Assembly (NCBI GenBank): GCA_022709425.1
Contig: JAKLIW010000003.1
Location: 102,293-166,292, forward strand
Length of the DNA: 64,000 nucleotides
Reading direction: 5' to 3'
Source: a bacterium
GTDB taxonomy: Bacteria > UBP6 > UBA1177 > JAKLFG01
The notes beneath the pieces are model-generated. The model ran no database searches. It saw only the letters and a list, made by a program, of their open reading frames with translations, and had not been told where the DNA came from. Positions 18,773 to 29,000 of this stretch are shown piece by piece. Position 1 is the first letter of the stretch, and every line of letters begins with the position of its first letter. The translations under genes were made by a program, and so were the position numbers.

Positions 18773-20181
18773 GTAGAAAATTTCAATGCAAAGCGATACC
18801 AAGCACTTGGCTTGAGCACAATGGTCGCCGCCTTGATTGTGGTCCCTATATGTCCGGGGCTATAGAAGCCCGCGAACTTCTAAAAAGGCACGAAACAGAG
18901 GCTCTCCAATCTCTAACGGCGGGGTATAACGGAGGAATTTATAACGGGCCACAATTCGTTAGGAACTACGTTGAAGATCCAGCTTTCGGAGTCCCTTTTT
19001 TAACGACTTCAACAATGCAGCAAAGCGATACGAGTGGCCTTCCTATGATTAGTCGAAAAGACGCACATTCATCCAAGTTGCGCTACTTAAAAGTTAATGA
19101 GGGAATGACGCTGATCACATGCTCAGGAAGCATAGGGAAAATGGCCTATGCAAGAAAGGACATGGAAAAAGCGTGGTCAAACCAAGACATCATGAAGGTT
19201 GTTGCAGATCGAGCCAAAATCCTCCCTGGATATCTCTATGCCTACCTTTCTAGTCGTTTTGGTGTTCCGATGGTAGTCTCAGGCACTTACGGGGCAATCA
19301 TCCAGCATATTGAGCCGCATCACATTTCAGACCTTCCTGTTCCACGTCTCAGCGAAATTGAGAATCAAGCACATGACCTGATTCAAGGAGCAGCGAACCT
19401 GAGGGTTGAGGCTGCCGAAATAATTGCGCAGATCAGCGCAGAGGTCGAGAGAAGATTCGATTTGTGGGATGAGTCATTATCTGACAAGGCGAGAATAGCA
19501 AGAAACGGTTTTTTAACAACGTCTACTGCTCTTGCAGAGTCGGGCCGCTTTGAAGCCACTTACCATGACGCGATCGCTGCAGCAATCGCTGACAGGGTTC
19601 AATCTCAACCAAATACCCGAATAGACATTGTATGTAAAGTTAAGAAGCCAGGTATGTTCAAAAGGATCATGGTTGATGGCCCCGAACACGGCTATGGCTT
19701 TGTCCCTGGTTCTGAGTTATTTACATTGGCACCAAAGCCCGTGTACTGGGTCTCGCCGAGAACTCCGAATATCGAAGATTGTGTGATGTCTCCGTATTGG
19801 ATTCTCATCCAAGCGTTTGGGCAGCTTGGCGGATTGATTGGCCGATGTATTATGACTACTCCAATGCTGGAGGGTTGTGCCGCCACTGATCTTCAGATTC
19901 AACTCAGATTCGACAATAAGTTAGACGCTGGTTATGTGTTCGCGATTCTTTACAGTCGACCTGGTTATAAACTAATTACTAGAACTCCCATCGGTGGATC
20001 AATTCCGCACATTCATCCGAAAGACATTGAGTCACTTTGTATCCCTTGGCCAGAAGCAGATGTAAGACATGCTATTGGTGAAAGGATTATTGAGGCTTGG
20101 GATAAGCGTGAAGAAGCTGTTCGATTAGAGGATGAAGCCCGCTCCCTAGTCGAACGCACCATCGAGGAGGGAGGTCACTAA
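18769..20181 (+). CDS. HsdS-like specificity subunit with two target-recognition domains
   Basis: 470 aa. Two repeats of the TRD-end conserved block (GAIIQHIEPHHISDLPVPRLSEIENQAHDLIQ and GGSIPHIHPKDIESLCIPWPEADVRHAIGERIIEAW), the latter coiled-coil-like. Lower GC than the flanks. ATGA overlap with the upstream MTase. Confidence 0.7.
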   Translation: MSRKFQCKAIPSTWLEHNGRRLDCGPYMSGAIEARELLKRHETEALQSLTAGYNGGIYNGPQFVRNYVEDPAFGVPFLTTSTMQQSDTSGLPMISRKDAHSSKLRYLKVNEGMTLITCSGSIGKMAYARKDMEKAWSNQDIMKVVADRAKILPGYLYAYLSSRFGVPMVVSGTYGAIIQHIEPHHISDLPVPRLSEIENQAHDLIQGAANLRVEAAEIIAQISAEVERRFDLWDESLSDKARIARNGFLTTSTALAESGRFEATYHDAIAAAIADRVQSQPNTRIDIVCKVKKPGMFKRIMVDGPEHGYGFVPGSELFTLAPKPVYWVSPRTPNIEDCVMSPYWILIQAFGQLGGLIGRCIMTTPMLEGCAATDLQIQLRFDNKLDAGYVFAILYSRPGYKLITRTPIGGSIPHIHPKDIESLCIPWPEADVRHAIGERIIEAWDKREEAVRLEDEARSLVERTIEEGGH

Positions 20182-23100
20182 TGGCGAAGGTCATACCCAT
20201 CGGGCAACCCGCGAACGAATCTGAACGCCAGGCCATTGGTTTCCTTCGGGACCATTTGCCCGATGGATGGCTGATCTTCCACAACTTCGAGATGCGCCAG
20301 GGAGAGGAAGTGTTCGAAATTGACATTGCCATCCTCGCGCCTCACGCGGTGTACCTAGTGGATGTCAAGGGGACGCGGGGCAACATCGATGTGTATGGCT
20401 CCAAGTGGTACCCCGAAGGGCGGCAGCCTTTTCATTCGCCACTCGCTAAGTTGCGCAGCCACGCCAAGACCATGGCCACCATCATCCGCGAGAGCAATAC
20501 CGGCTTGATTGAGTTGCGCAAGGCCCATGTGCATGCTGCCGTGCTGCTCACCGCCGATGACGCTGTCGTGTTCGACCAGGCAGGCATAGACAGCCCAGAT
20601 GTGACCGACTTCAAACATTGCCTGAAATACTTCCGTGACCAAAGCCGCATCCCCGACAACCGTCTGGATAACATCACCCGCTTCCACTCCCAGATTGCCA
20701 AAGCGATTACCGGCAAAGCAAAGCCCAAGAGCGCTGCCCTGGTGTTCCGCGACTGGCAGGTTGAAGAGAAGCTCGGCGGCACCGACCGTTACACCGAATA
20801 TCGTGCCAAGCACAACCTGCTGGGCAAGAGCGGCGGCATGGCCCGCCTGCGCGTCTACCAAGCCGACCCCTATCAGGATGAGACCGCTCGCAAGGAAGAG
20901 TTCAAGAAAATCAGTAACGCATATCGTGCTGTCGCACATATGCCGACCCACGCCAACGTGCTGGCGGTGAAAGATCTCTTCAAGAATGAGGACGAGGATA
21001 AGATCGTACTGGTAACCGAGGACTTGCCCGGACAAGCTCTGCGCCTGCATATCAACAAGGCCTCCCTAGCGCTGACCTTCGATCAAAAACTACAAGTGAT
21101 GCGCGATGTATTGTCGGCGCTGGACCACGCGCATCGGCATGAGGTGATACACCGCAATCTCACCCCGGACGCCATTCTGGTTACCAAGGGTGGGCAAACA
21201 AGAGTTGTCGATTTTGATTATGCTCGTATTGGAAACAATCAAACACTTACTATTGCGCCCCTTATTATTGAGGATTTGGCAAAAAAAGAGTTTGAGAAAT
21301 ACCAAGCTCCAGAATGCGTGAGGTCTCCTGAGAAGGCTAGTATTGCATCAGATATCTATTCTTCAGGAGTTGTTTTTTATGAGCTACTAACTGGCGAACT
21401 ACCTTTTGAAAGTGTCGACCAGATGATAGAGGCCGCCGGCAAGTTCCCGGTGAACCCTTCAGAGCATAAGCCGGACCTGCCCAAAGGGATTGACGAGTGG
21501 ATACAGAAGTTCTGCGAGTTCGACCCCGAGGAACGGCACACCAACGCGGCCATTGCCCGCAAGGCCCTGGATGATCTGATTCTGCCCGAGGCCAAGAACG
21601 ACTCTGCTCCGGATGTTGGCGGCCCGGCCGCGGTTGTGCCTCAGCTCCCGGATGACTTGATGAACCTGCCGCAGAATTTCATACTGGCAGATCGCTTCCG
21701 CATTCAGAAAAAGCTGGGCAGTGGCGGCTTTGGGGTTGTCTACAAGGTATTTGATTCGCTAGGCGATGTGGTGCGGGTCATCAAACTGGTAACCAAAGAC
21801 CGCAACAGCGTATACGAACGACTACGCCGCGAATATAAAACCTTGATTAATCTGCCAGACCATCCGCGCGTAGCAAAGGTGATCTGGGCTGATCGCATGA
21901 ACGATACCCCTCAAACGCCCTACATAGTCTTTGAGTATCGGGAAGGTTTAGATGTTTCCGATCTGATCGATGCTAAAGCACTATCGGCGGAGGATGCCGC
22001 AAATATCGTTCGCGAGGCTGCTGAAGGATTGGCTCATCTCCACAAGCATGGTGTTTATCACCAGGATATCAAGCCGTCTAATCTGTTGTGGACTGACAAT
22101 GGTGTTTGCATCATCGATTTTAATATCGCAGTTTCCGAGAATGAAGAGCATCAAGGAGGCGGTGGTACGCGCCGCTATCTGCCGCCAGATTACGATTACT
22201 CCTCCAGGCCGGACACTTCTGATTGGATAGATCGCGACCTCTATGCCTTAGGTATTTCATTCTACGAGTGTCTGACCGGAACATATCCTTTCGACAGCCA
22301 CACACCACCGATCAAGGTGCAACCTAAGGACCCCAAGCAGTTCAAGGGTTGTGCCGACCTCAGTTCAACGCTTATAAATGTGTTGGTGAAGATGATTGCG
22401 CCGGAACGCAAGAATCGATTCGCCTCGGCGGAAGAGTTTTTGACCGCCCTGGCCGAGGTCAAGCGTCTGCGCTCGGTACTGACCACCGGAGAGGTTGGCG
22501 CCGGACACAAGGTCTTGTCCAAGCTAGGTTTCGAGCCGATTAAGCCCAACACCAATCCCTTTGTCACTCACCTGCTGACTCTCTACAGCCAGAGCCAGGT
22601 GTCTAACGCGGGCACCCGCGGTCTCGACGAAGTTGGCAAGGCCACCTACGTGCCGACCTATCTGGACGAAAAACTCAAGCCCGCGCTGCTCAAGGGAGAG
22701 TTCCGCCTGGTCATCATCAGCGGTAACGCCGGTGACGGTAAGACGGCTTTTATTCAGCAGTTCGAGGCTTTTGCCGAGAGCAAAGGCGCACAGATGCAGC
22801 GTGGCGCGAATGGGGCTGTTTTTCAGCTTAAGGGGTATACCTACCAGAGCAACTACGACGGTAGCCAGGATGAAGGCGACGAGCGCAACGACGCCGTGTT
22901 GCAGAAGTTCTTTGCCCCCTTCGCGGGCAAGGACGATTTCGGATGGCCCCAGAATCAGACCCGCCTGATCGCCATCAATGAAGGACGATTGGTCGATTTC
23001 TTTCTGGAACATGAAGAGGAGTTCCCTCTGCTCACCAAGCAGCTCCAGCAGGGGTTGGCCGGAGCCGCTCCGGAAGGGGGTATCGCAGTCATCAACCTCA

Positions 23101-24335
23101 ACCTGCGCTCGGTGGTTGCCGAACCCGAGGGAGGTCCGCCTTCGATTCTGGAGCGCCTGATCGCCCGCATGTCACAACAGGAATACTGGCAGGCCTGCGA
23201 GAAGTGTGATCTCAAGGGCAAGTGCTACGCCTATCACAACGCCCGGACCTTCCAGGATCCAGTTGCCGGTCCCAGGGTGATCGAGCGCCTAAAGATTCTT
23301 TATACCATTACCCACCTGCGCGGCCGCTTGCACATCACCATGCGCGATCTGCGTTCGGCGCTGGCATTCATGTTGGTGGGCACGCATGATTGCGACGCTA
23401 TTCACCAGCTCTATCAGAACGGCGGCGAGGAGACCCAGAATCGCATCCTTAACGGTTTCTATTTCAACTCATGGCTTGGCGGGGTAGAAGGCTCCTGTGA
23501 TCGGCTGATTGCCTTGCTGCGCGAGATCGATGTTGCCGAAGTCAGCAACCCCGAGCTTGATAGAAAATTGGGATTCCTAGCCCCCATACACCACAAATCG
23601 TCAAGGTATAATTTCGATGAACGAGCAAATTATGACGAGGATATTCTTAATACCTTGTTCCGCAATCTGCCTCGCGATTACTCGTCGAAGAACCGTGGTC
23701 GACTGATCGCCAAACACCGGATTTACCTATCTCACATGCGTCGTCGCCATTTCTTTGAACGACGCGACATTGGTTGGAAGAAGATGCTGCCTTACGGGAG
23801 TATTGATCCCTTCTTGGATGCTATTAAACAGCCTGGAGTGAAAAGTACCGATGAGGTTACCGCCATTCTACGAGCTATCAACCGCGGCGAAAGTCTGAGC
23901 GATCCGGCGCGATTGGGTAACCAGTTGGCGCTGCGTGTTCGCCAGGTGGACAAGGGCACAATCCGCAGTTACCGCCTCTTTGACGGCGACCATTTCACGC
24001 TCCGCACCGAGCAGAAAATGGCGACACATCCTTTCCTCGAGTGCCTGTCTCAGGTGTTGACGCTGCTTTATGATTCCGGCGACGGGCATAAGGCCAGCCT
24101 GCGCATCAATCTCGATATCTATGAAATGCTGATGCGGCTCAACAACGGTTACCGCCCCAGCATTGAGGAGCAGGAAGGCTTTTACCTGAGCCTAGCGGTA
24201 TTCAAGAATGTTCTATCCGCCGCTCCCTATCAGGAGGTCCTTCTCACCGAAAGCGGCTTTGAATTTTATCAGATCCGGCGTGACGAAAAGGGGATCTTAC
24301 ATTTTGGAAAAGTAAGCACGAGGACTGGAACATGA
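20181..24335 (+). CDS. Multidomain NERD nuclease + pseudokinase + Ser/Thr protein kinase + P-loop NTPase protein (1384 aa), PglW-like
   Basis: N-terminal NERD (GEEVFEIDIAILAPHAVYLVDVKGTRGNI). Kinase-like domain 1 has a degenerate catalytic loop HRNLTPDA and DFD. Kinase domain 2 has GSGGFGVVYKV, HQDIKPSNLLW and DFN. Downstream Walker A VIISGNAGDGKT. Confidence 0.85.
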   Translation: MAKVIPIGQPANESERQAIGFLRDHLPDGWLIFHNFEMRQGEEVFEIDIAILAPHAVYLVDVKGTRGNIDVYGSKWYPEGRQPFHSPLAKLRSHAKTMATIIRESNTGLIELRKAHVHAAVLLTADDAVVFDQAGIDSPDVTDFKHCLKYFRDQSRIPDNRLDNITRFHSQIAKAITGKAKPKSAALVFRDWQVEEKLGGTDRYTEYRAKHNLLGKSGGMARLRVYQADPYQDETARKEEFKKISNAYRAVAHMPTHANVLAVKDLFKNEDEDKIVLVTEDLPGQALRLHINKASLALTFDQKLQVMRDVLSALDHAHRHEVIHRNLTPDAILVTKGGQTRVVDFDYARIGNNQTLTIAPLIIEDLAKKEFEKYQAPECVRSPEKASIASDIYSSGVVFYELLTGELPFESVDQMIEAAGKFPVNPSEHKPDLPKGIDEWIQKFCEFDPEERHTNAAIARKALDDLILPEAKNDSAPDVGGPAAVVPQLPDDLMNLPQNFILADRFRIQKKLGSGGFGVVYKVFDSLGDVVRVIKLVTKDRNSVYERLRREYKTLINLPDHPRVAKVIWADRMNDTPQTPYIVFEYREGLDVSDLIDAKALSAEDAANIVREAAEGLAHLHKHGVYHQDIKPSNLLWTDNGVCIIDFNIAVSENEEHQGGGGTRRYLPPDYDYSSRPDTSDWIDRDLYALGISFYECLTGTYPFDSHTPPIKVQPKDPKQFKGCADLSSTLINVLVKMIAPERKNRFASAEEFLTALAEVKRLRSVLTTGEVGAGHKVLSKLGFEPIKPNTNPFVTHLLTLYSQSQVSNAGTRGLDEVGKATYVPTYLDEKLKPALLKGEFRLVIISGNAGDGKTAFIQQFEAFAESKGAQMQRGANGAVFQLKGYTYQSNYDGSQDEGDERNDAVLQKFFAPFAGKDDFGWPQNQTRLIAINEGRLVDFFLEHEEEFPLLTKQLQQGLAGAAPEGGIAVINLNLRSVVAEPEGGPPSILERLIARMSQQEYWQACEKCDLKGKCYAYHNARTFQDPVAGPRVIERLKILYTITHLRGRLHITMRDLRSALAFMLVGTHDCDAIHQLYQNGGEETQNRILNGFYFNSWLGGVEGSCDRLIALLREIDVAEVSNPELDRKLGFLAPIHHKSSRYNFDERANYDEDILNTLFRNLPRDYSSKNRGRLIAKHRIYLSHMRRRHFFERRDIGWKKMLPYGSIDPFLDAIKQPGVKSTDEVTAILRAINRGESLSDPARLGNQLALRVRQVDKGTIRSYRLFDGDHFTLRTEQKMATHPFLECLSQVLTLLYDSGDGHKASLRINLDIYEMLMRLNNGYRPSIEEQEGFYLSLAVFKNVLSAAPYQEVLLTESGFEFYQIRRDEKGILHFGKVSTRTGT

Positions 24336-26008
24336 GCATTAGGGGCAAAGATAAGGAGTTCCGAACTCCCAAAATTACCTATATCGACTTCAAGCACATC
24401 GAGATGGATCGAGTGCTGACCCTGCTCTTCCCCCGACTGAAATATGACGGGTATACGAGCAGGTTCAGCAGAGCGAGAAAACTGGAAGTCGAGGACTTCC
24501 TGACCGAGTTCATGGAGCATGATGAGTGGTTTGACGGATTTGATAAACATAAGGAAATAATAAAGAAATGGCTTGAGACAGATCTGCTTGATCTTGTGAA
24601 TAGGGGAAGGGCAAATCAAGCAGTGGCGGCTCCTCGACCGCTTCATGGGAATACCTATAAGTTTCGCAATGTAAAACACACGAGGGATTATGGGGCGGCA
24701 GAACACCTATATTGGATGCTTTATTATGCCCGTAGAGGTAGATGTGAGGCGGCTAGAAGCTCCTTAAAAAAATTCTTCTTTACAGGATACGATTTTCACA
24801 CTGACAAATATGATGCTGGTCTCAATGTAGATGTCGAAACACAAGCGATTTTGAGACTCGACCTCCAAGTAACTCAGGATACAAAAAGCAACGATGAGCC
24901 GGAGAGATATCAGCCTCTATGTGTTGGCCAAGCCGACATAATGGCCGACGACATTCTACGACTTCTGGCCTATGAGTCTTATGTCCCACGTTCGGTGTTA
25001 GTGGATTACCTCAAAACTCTAATGGCATTCCATCTGGCACTTTACCATCTCAAGTTGTTACAGATGCTACCAAGGCTGGTGAAACAGCGATCCGAAAACG
25101 ATCTTTGCACCACCAAGGAATGCCCGATCAATCCGAGCCTCGACAATGTGTTGGAATGCTGTCCTTACCGCTTAGCGCTGGTCGTAGACATGGGCAACAT
25201 CAACAATCCTCATATTGCCGAGCTGGCCCGCAAGTCAACGGAGCGGTTCTATCGCCAGATCCCGGCATTCGTGCAATCTAATTTTATCGTTAAAAAGCTT
25301 GATGAGATGGCGGAGAATATGCGTCTTCAAGGGAAACTGGCATTGCCTTCGAGTGGTCACTTTTCAGCTGGTGATTTAATTGGTCTGCTTAAGTCTGAAC
25401 ATGATTCAAATCGGGAGGCCTATTTTACGGCTCGCCTTTCAAAATTGATCGAAGAGGCAGGAACAAGCGGGGAGGAAATTGACCCGGAGATCCGAGATGT
25501 TACTTCGATGAACCTGAATGCGTTTGAGAAATTCATCGAAATTCTGATGGCGTATCGAGGCAAGTATCACCGCCAGTACATCACCGAGTGTCTAGATTCC
25601 CTTCTGCTGAAGAACAAAGAGAACGGTCTGCTGGCCCAACCCCGGACCAAGGGAAGTCCTCGGCGGTTTGTGTTGGGGAGCAAGTTACTTGAAGTGCTGC
25701 TTCAGGTGGCCGTGCTCACCCAAGACGGCGGTCGCTTCGTGACCCGCGAGGTTCGCATTGAGGAGTTGCTGGCTTTTTTGAGAAATCGTTACGGCCTTTA
25801 CATTGACCGACTGCCAGAAGGAGCCCATGCCAACAGCAGCATCCTCGACAGGCGCGCTTTGCGCCTCAACCTTGAAGCCTTTAAGCGTCGACTTCGTGAA
25901 ATCGGATTTTACGAGGATCTGTCGGATGCCTATGTGACCCAGAAGGTATCGCCCCGCTATGCGATTGAGAGAAATGACGGAACAGATAAAAACGGGAGGC
26001 ACGCATGA
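24332..26008 (+). CDS. Hypothetical protein (558 aa), translationally coupled within the defence-like operon
   Basis: 4-nt overlaps at both ends. No motif was recognised. The 5' half has lower GC. Confidence 0.6.
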   Translation: MSIRGKDKEFRTPKITYIDFKHIEMDRVLTLLFPRLKYDGYTSRFSRARKLEVEDFLTEFMEHDEWFDGFDKHKEIIKKWLETDLLDLVNRGRANQAVAAPRPLHGNTYKFRNVKHTRDYGAAEHLYWMLYYARRGRCEAARSSLKKFFFTGYDFHTDKYDAGLNVDVETQAILRLDLQVTQDTKSNDEPERYQPLCVGQADIMADDILRLLAYESYVPRSVLVDYLKTLMAFHLALYHLKLLQMLPRLVKQRSENDLCTTKECPINPSLDNVLECCPYRLALVVDMGNINNPHIAELARKSTERFYRQIPAFVQSNFIVKKLDEMAENMRLQGKLALPSSGHFSAGDLIGLLKSEHDSNREAYFTARLSKLIEEAGTSGEEIDPEIRDVTSMNLNAFEKFIEILMAYRGKYHRQYITECLDSLLLKNKENGLLAQPRTKGSPRRFVLGSKLLEVLLQVAVLTQDGGRFVTREVRIEELLAFLRNRYGLYIDRLPEGAHANSSILDRRALRLNLEAFKRRLREIGFYEDLSDAYVTQKVSPRYAIERNDGTDKNGRHA

Positions 26009-29000
26009 GCAATGCGTTCATCAAGCTTTCCTATGATAAATTGAACGCAGCGGTCGCTTGTCTGCTGTGCCCGCGTATCGAAACAATCCTGGGTGACCGT
26101 GGCCCAGGCCACTGCATGCGGATCACCGATCTCGATGACGATGTAATGGAGTCTGTCTGCAAGGAACTGCGCCGAACCCGACCCGACGGAAACATCTTTA
26201 TCCTTGGTAGCCATGATCAGGAAAGTCTGCCTTTCCGAGTCACTTCCACCAAACTGGTGGAATTGCGCAACCCGGACTCGAACGGCGAGTTGCGTCAGCC
26301 TTTGATGGTCTTTATACCCACCTCGCTTCGCACCAGCGCCGAGGATTCTTTCGGCGTGGCGACCTTCGAGGAGCTGGCCTTCACCGGTATCTATGAGAAC
26401 CTTATCGACTCACTACTAGATCGGATCCCGACAACACTGGTCGGCCCTGTTCGCGACCTTTTTGGTTTCCTCACAGAGGAGGAATGGCTGTTTGCCGATG
26501 ATGTTTCTCGTGTGCGGTACCTGCTCACTGCGCTCGAAAACGGGATTGATGGAGAAACCCTCGGGGCCAGCCTGTATGAATTGACTTTGATCCCGGACTT
26601 CAAGCTTTTTGCCGATCCTGGCATGCTCAGGGGCAAGATTCGCCGTAACCTCGACAGCGTCCGTAGTTTGATGATTTCTCACAAGTCGGTTCGTGGACGC
26701 ATTGCCGGTTTGGGCCTCAGCGACAAGACCTTGGAATCGCGCCTATTCGCCTACTTTGAAAAACACGATGTCCATGAGCCGGAATCCTGGACCTTGCCCA
26801 TCGCGACTGATAAGAGCTGGTGGAGCATTTCTTTCGACAAATGGACATTCCGGGGAGAGCTTTACCTAGACAAGGTTCTGCTGACGGTGCTGGGAACCGA
26901 CTTGCCGGTTGTTCAGAAGGAAGAGACCGATGACCAGCTTTCCGGCCTGATTGGACAACAGGTTCTGATCCCGAATGATCGCCGCAAAATGAATGTGGAG
27001 TTCGAGGTCAATCCTCACCCGGGCAAGGTCAGCGGTCTTGACCATTTTACGGTTCAGATCGTTTCGCAGAATGATGGCCCGGTAGGAAAATCAAAAAAGG
27101 TTAAAGCGTGGACGCCGAATCGCCTTCAATGTACGACTAATCTTGCAAAGCTCAATAAGGTTGAATTCGAGGAAGGATGGCATTTCATTCGTATCTTGCC
27201 TTGGTCGGCAGACGGCGATCAAATTCCGCTGGAAGCGGGTTCTTCCTCCGAAGGTGCTAAACACTCCTATGAAAGCGAACCATTCTATGTCCTGCCCGGT
27301 GGCAACATTGAGGAGGAACCGCCGCAAAGAGCCATACCCATTGAACAGAGCCTAGAGCATGCACGTTTCCGGTTGCAACTGACGGCATTGGGCGATGAGC
27401 GCGATCCGGAAGACATCGCTATCAGTAGTGTCGTTTGGGCCGAAGGCAACAGTTCGAAGAAGGTCTCCCGACATGAAACCTTGCTTGCGAAATTTGGTCG
27501 CGAGGGCGCTTTTCAGATACCGCTTTCGCGCATGCTCAAAACCATTGAGCAACGCATCTTGGCTGAGCCCAAGCATCCATCAGGCTGGCGAATGCAGATC
27601 AATCTGGATACCCCTGAGTTGCCATCTGAGGTTGGTCTCACGCTGCCTTCTTCTGCCGCAATGGCCTCTTTTTTGGCCGCTCGCGAAGAGTTTTTTGCAG
27701 CGGTACGCAAAGACACTGCCGAGTTGATTATGCAAGGGCTTTCGTTCCGAGACTCGGAAAAGGAATGCCTTGCCTATGCGGAAGGGTACCTTGATCTAGT
27801 AAGAAATCTTATCCGCCAAGCCGAGACGACTTCTGGTGCCGACCGCCAACAACACCTACAATCGCTCAGGAATGTGTTGGCCGTTGATTCCATTCATGTC
27901 GTCTTAACTGATTTCCGCGGAAGACACCGGGAGGCTGTTTTGGTCTCTCCAACCCATCCGCTCCGTGCTTTGTGGCTAAGCAGCTGGGTCACCCTGGGTA
28001 AGGATTGGATCGAGAAGATCAAATCAGGCGGAAAGGATTACATTCCTCATGTTCGTTCTGCGCTCCTAGAACGCCTTGCGCCATCTGCCTATCCGGTCGG
28101 TATTCCAGTCGAGGATGGCCGAATCTTCACTCCGGTCGACAACCTGAATGCGTTCTGGGCACTTTACGCCCCAACAACCGAGGAAAATTCCAGAGGCCTG
28201 ATGGCGGAAATCTGTTCAGCGCTTGGCTTGGCCGAGCCCTCTGCGGCGGGAACAGATGTTTGCGGAAAGGTCATTGCGGACAAGATCGAGCGCTATCTCT
28301 CCCAGCATCCGTATGTGCGAGAGTTATCACTAAACATCTTCAACCCGGGCGCCGCATCAGTAATTGCGGATGCCCTGCTCTCGCTCCAGCAAAAGCGTGA
28401 GCATGCCGATTTGCGCTATGACATCCGGCTCTTCACATCGGACCCCGATTCGCCAGTTTTAGGTGAGGCACTTGAATCGATGGTCCGTCCCGGGGCAACA
28501 GTAAACGAGGCCGCTGACGCGTTTGCGATTTCGACGGGCAGCCATCTGTTCTCCAAGCTGAACTTGGCTAAGCACGCGCTGAATGAGTTTCGTTCAAATT
28601 CCAAGGAATTCCCGGCACACATCAGCGTTCTTCTGGATGTGTTTCCCGCCGAGGAGATATCCATTACAGAGAAGCCGATGGGCGTGACCCCATTGCATGG
28701 GCTGATACAGGACTTTGACACTGACTTCGTTGATGACGATACGGGTACCTTCTGGAACAAGCGGCCGATTGTCGGACGATCCCTCGCTGCGGATAGCCAC
28801 GCGACATGCTTTGATTTGTTGTCGTCCCTGAGCCGAAACCTCAGTTTCGCTACCTCAGCGATTGCTGCTTCTGGTGCCAGTTTTAAATCTGTGCCCGTCA
28901 TAACCCTTGGCCTCGATGCCGTTCAACGAGAACTAATCTACGAAGTGCACCAGATTAGCGATTGGGTGTTCACCATCGACCGAAATATGGGGATTGAATT

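Noticed and set aside
20355-21050. 231-aa minus-strand ORF inside the NERD-kinase gene
   Set aside because: It is antisense to a gene with clear NERD and kinase motifs. It has no start context and no motifs.
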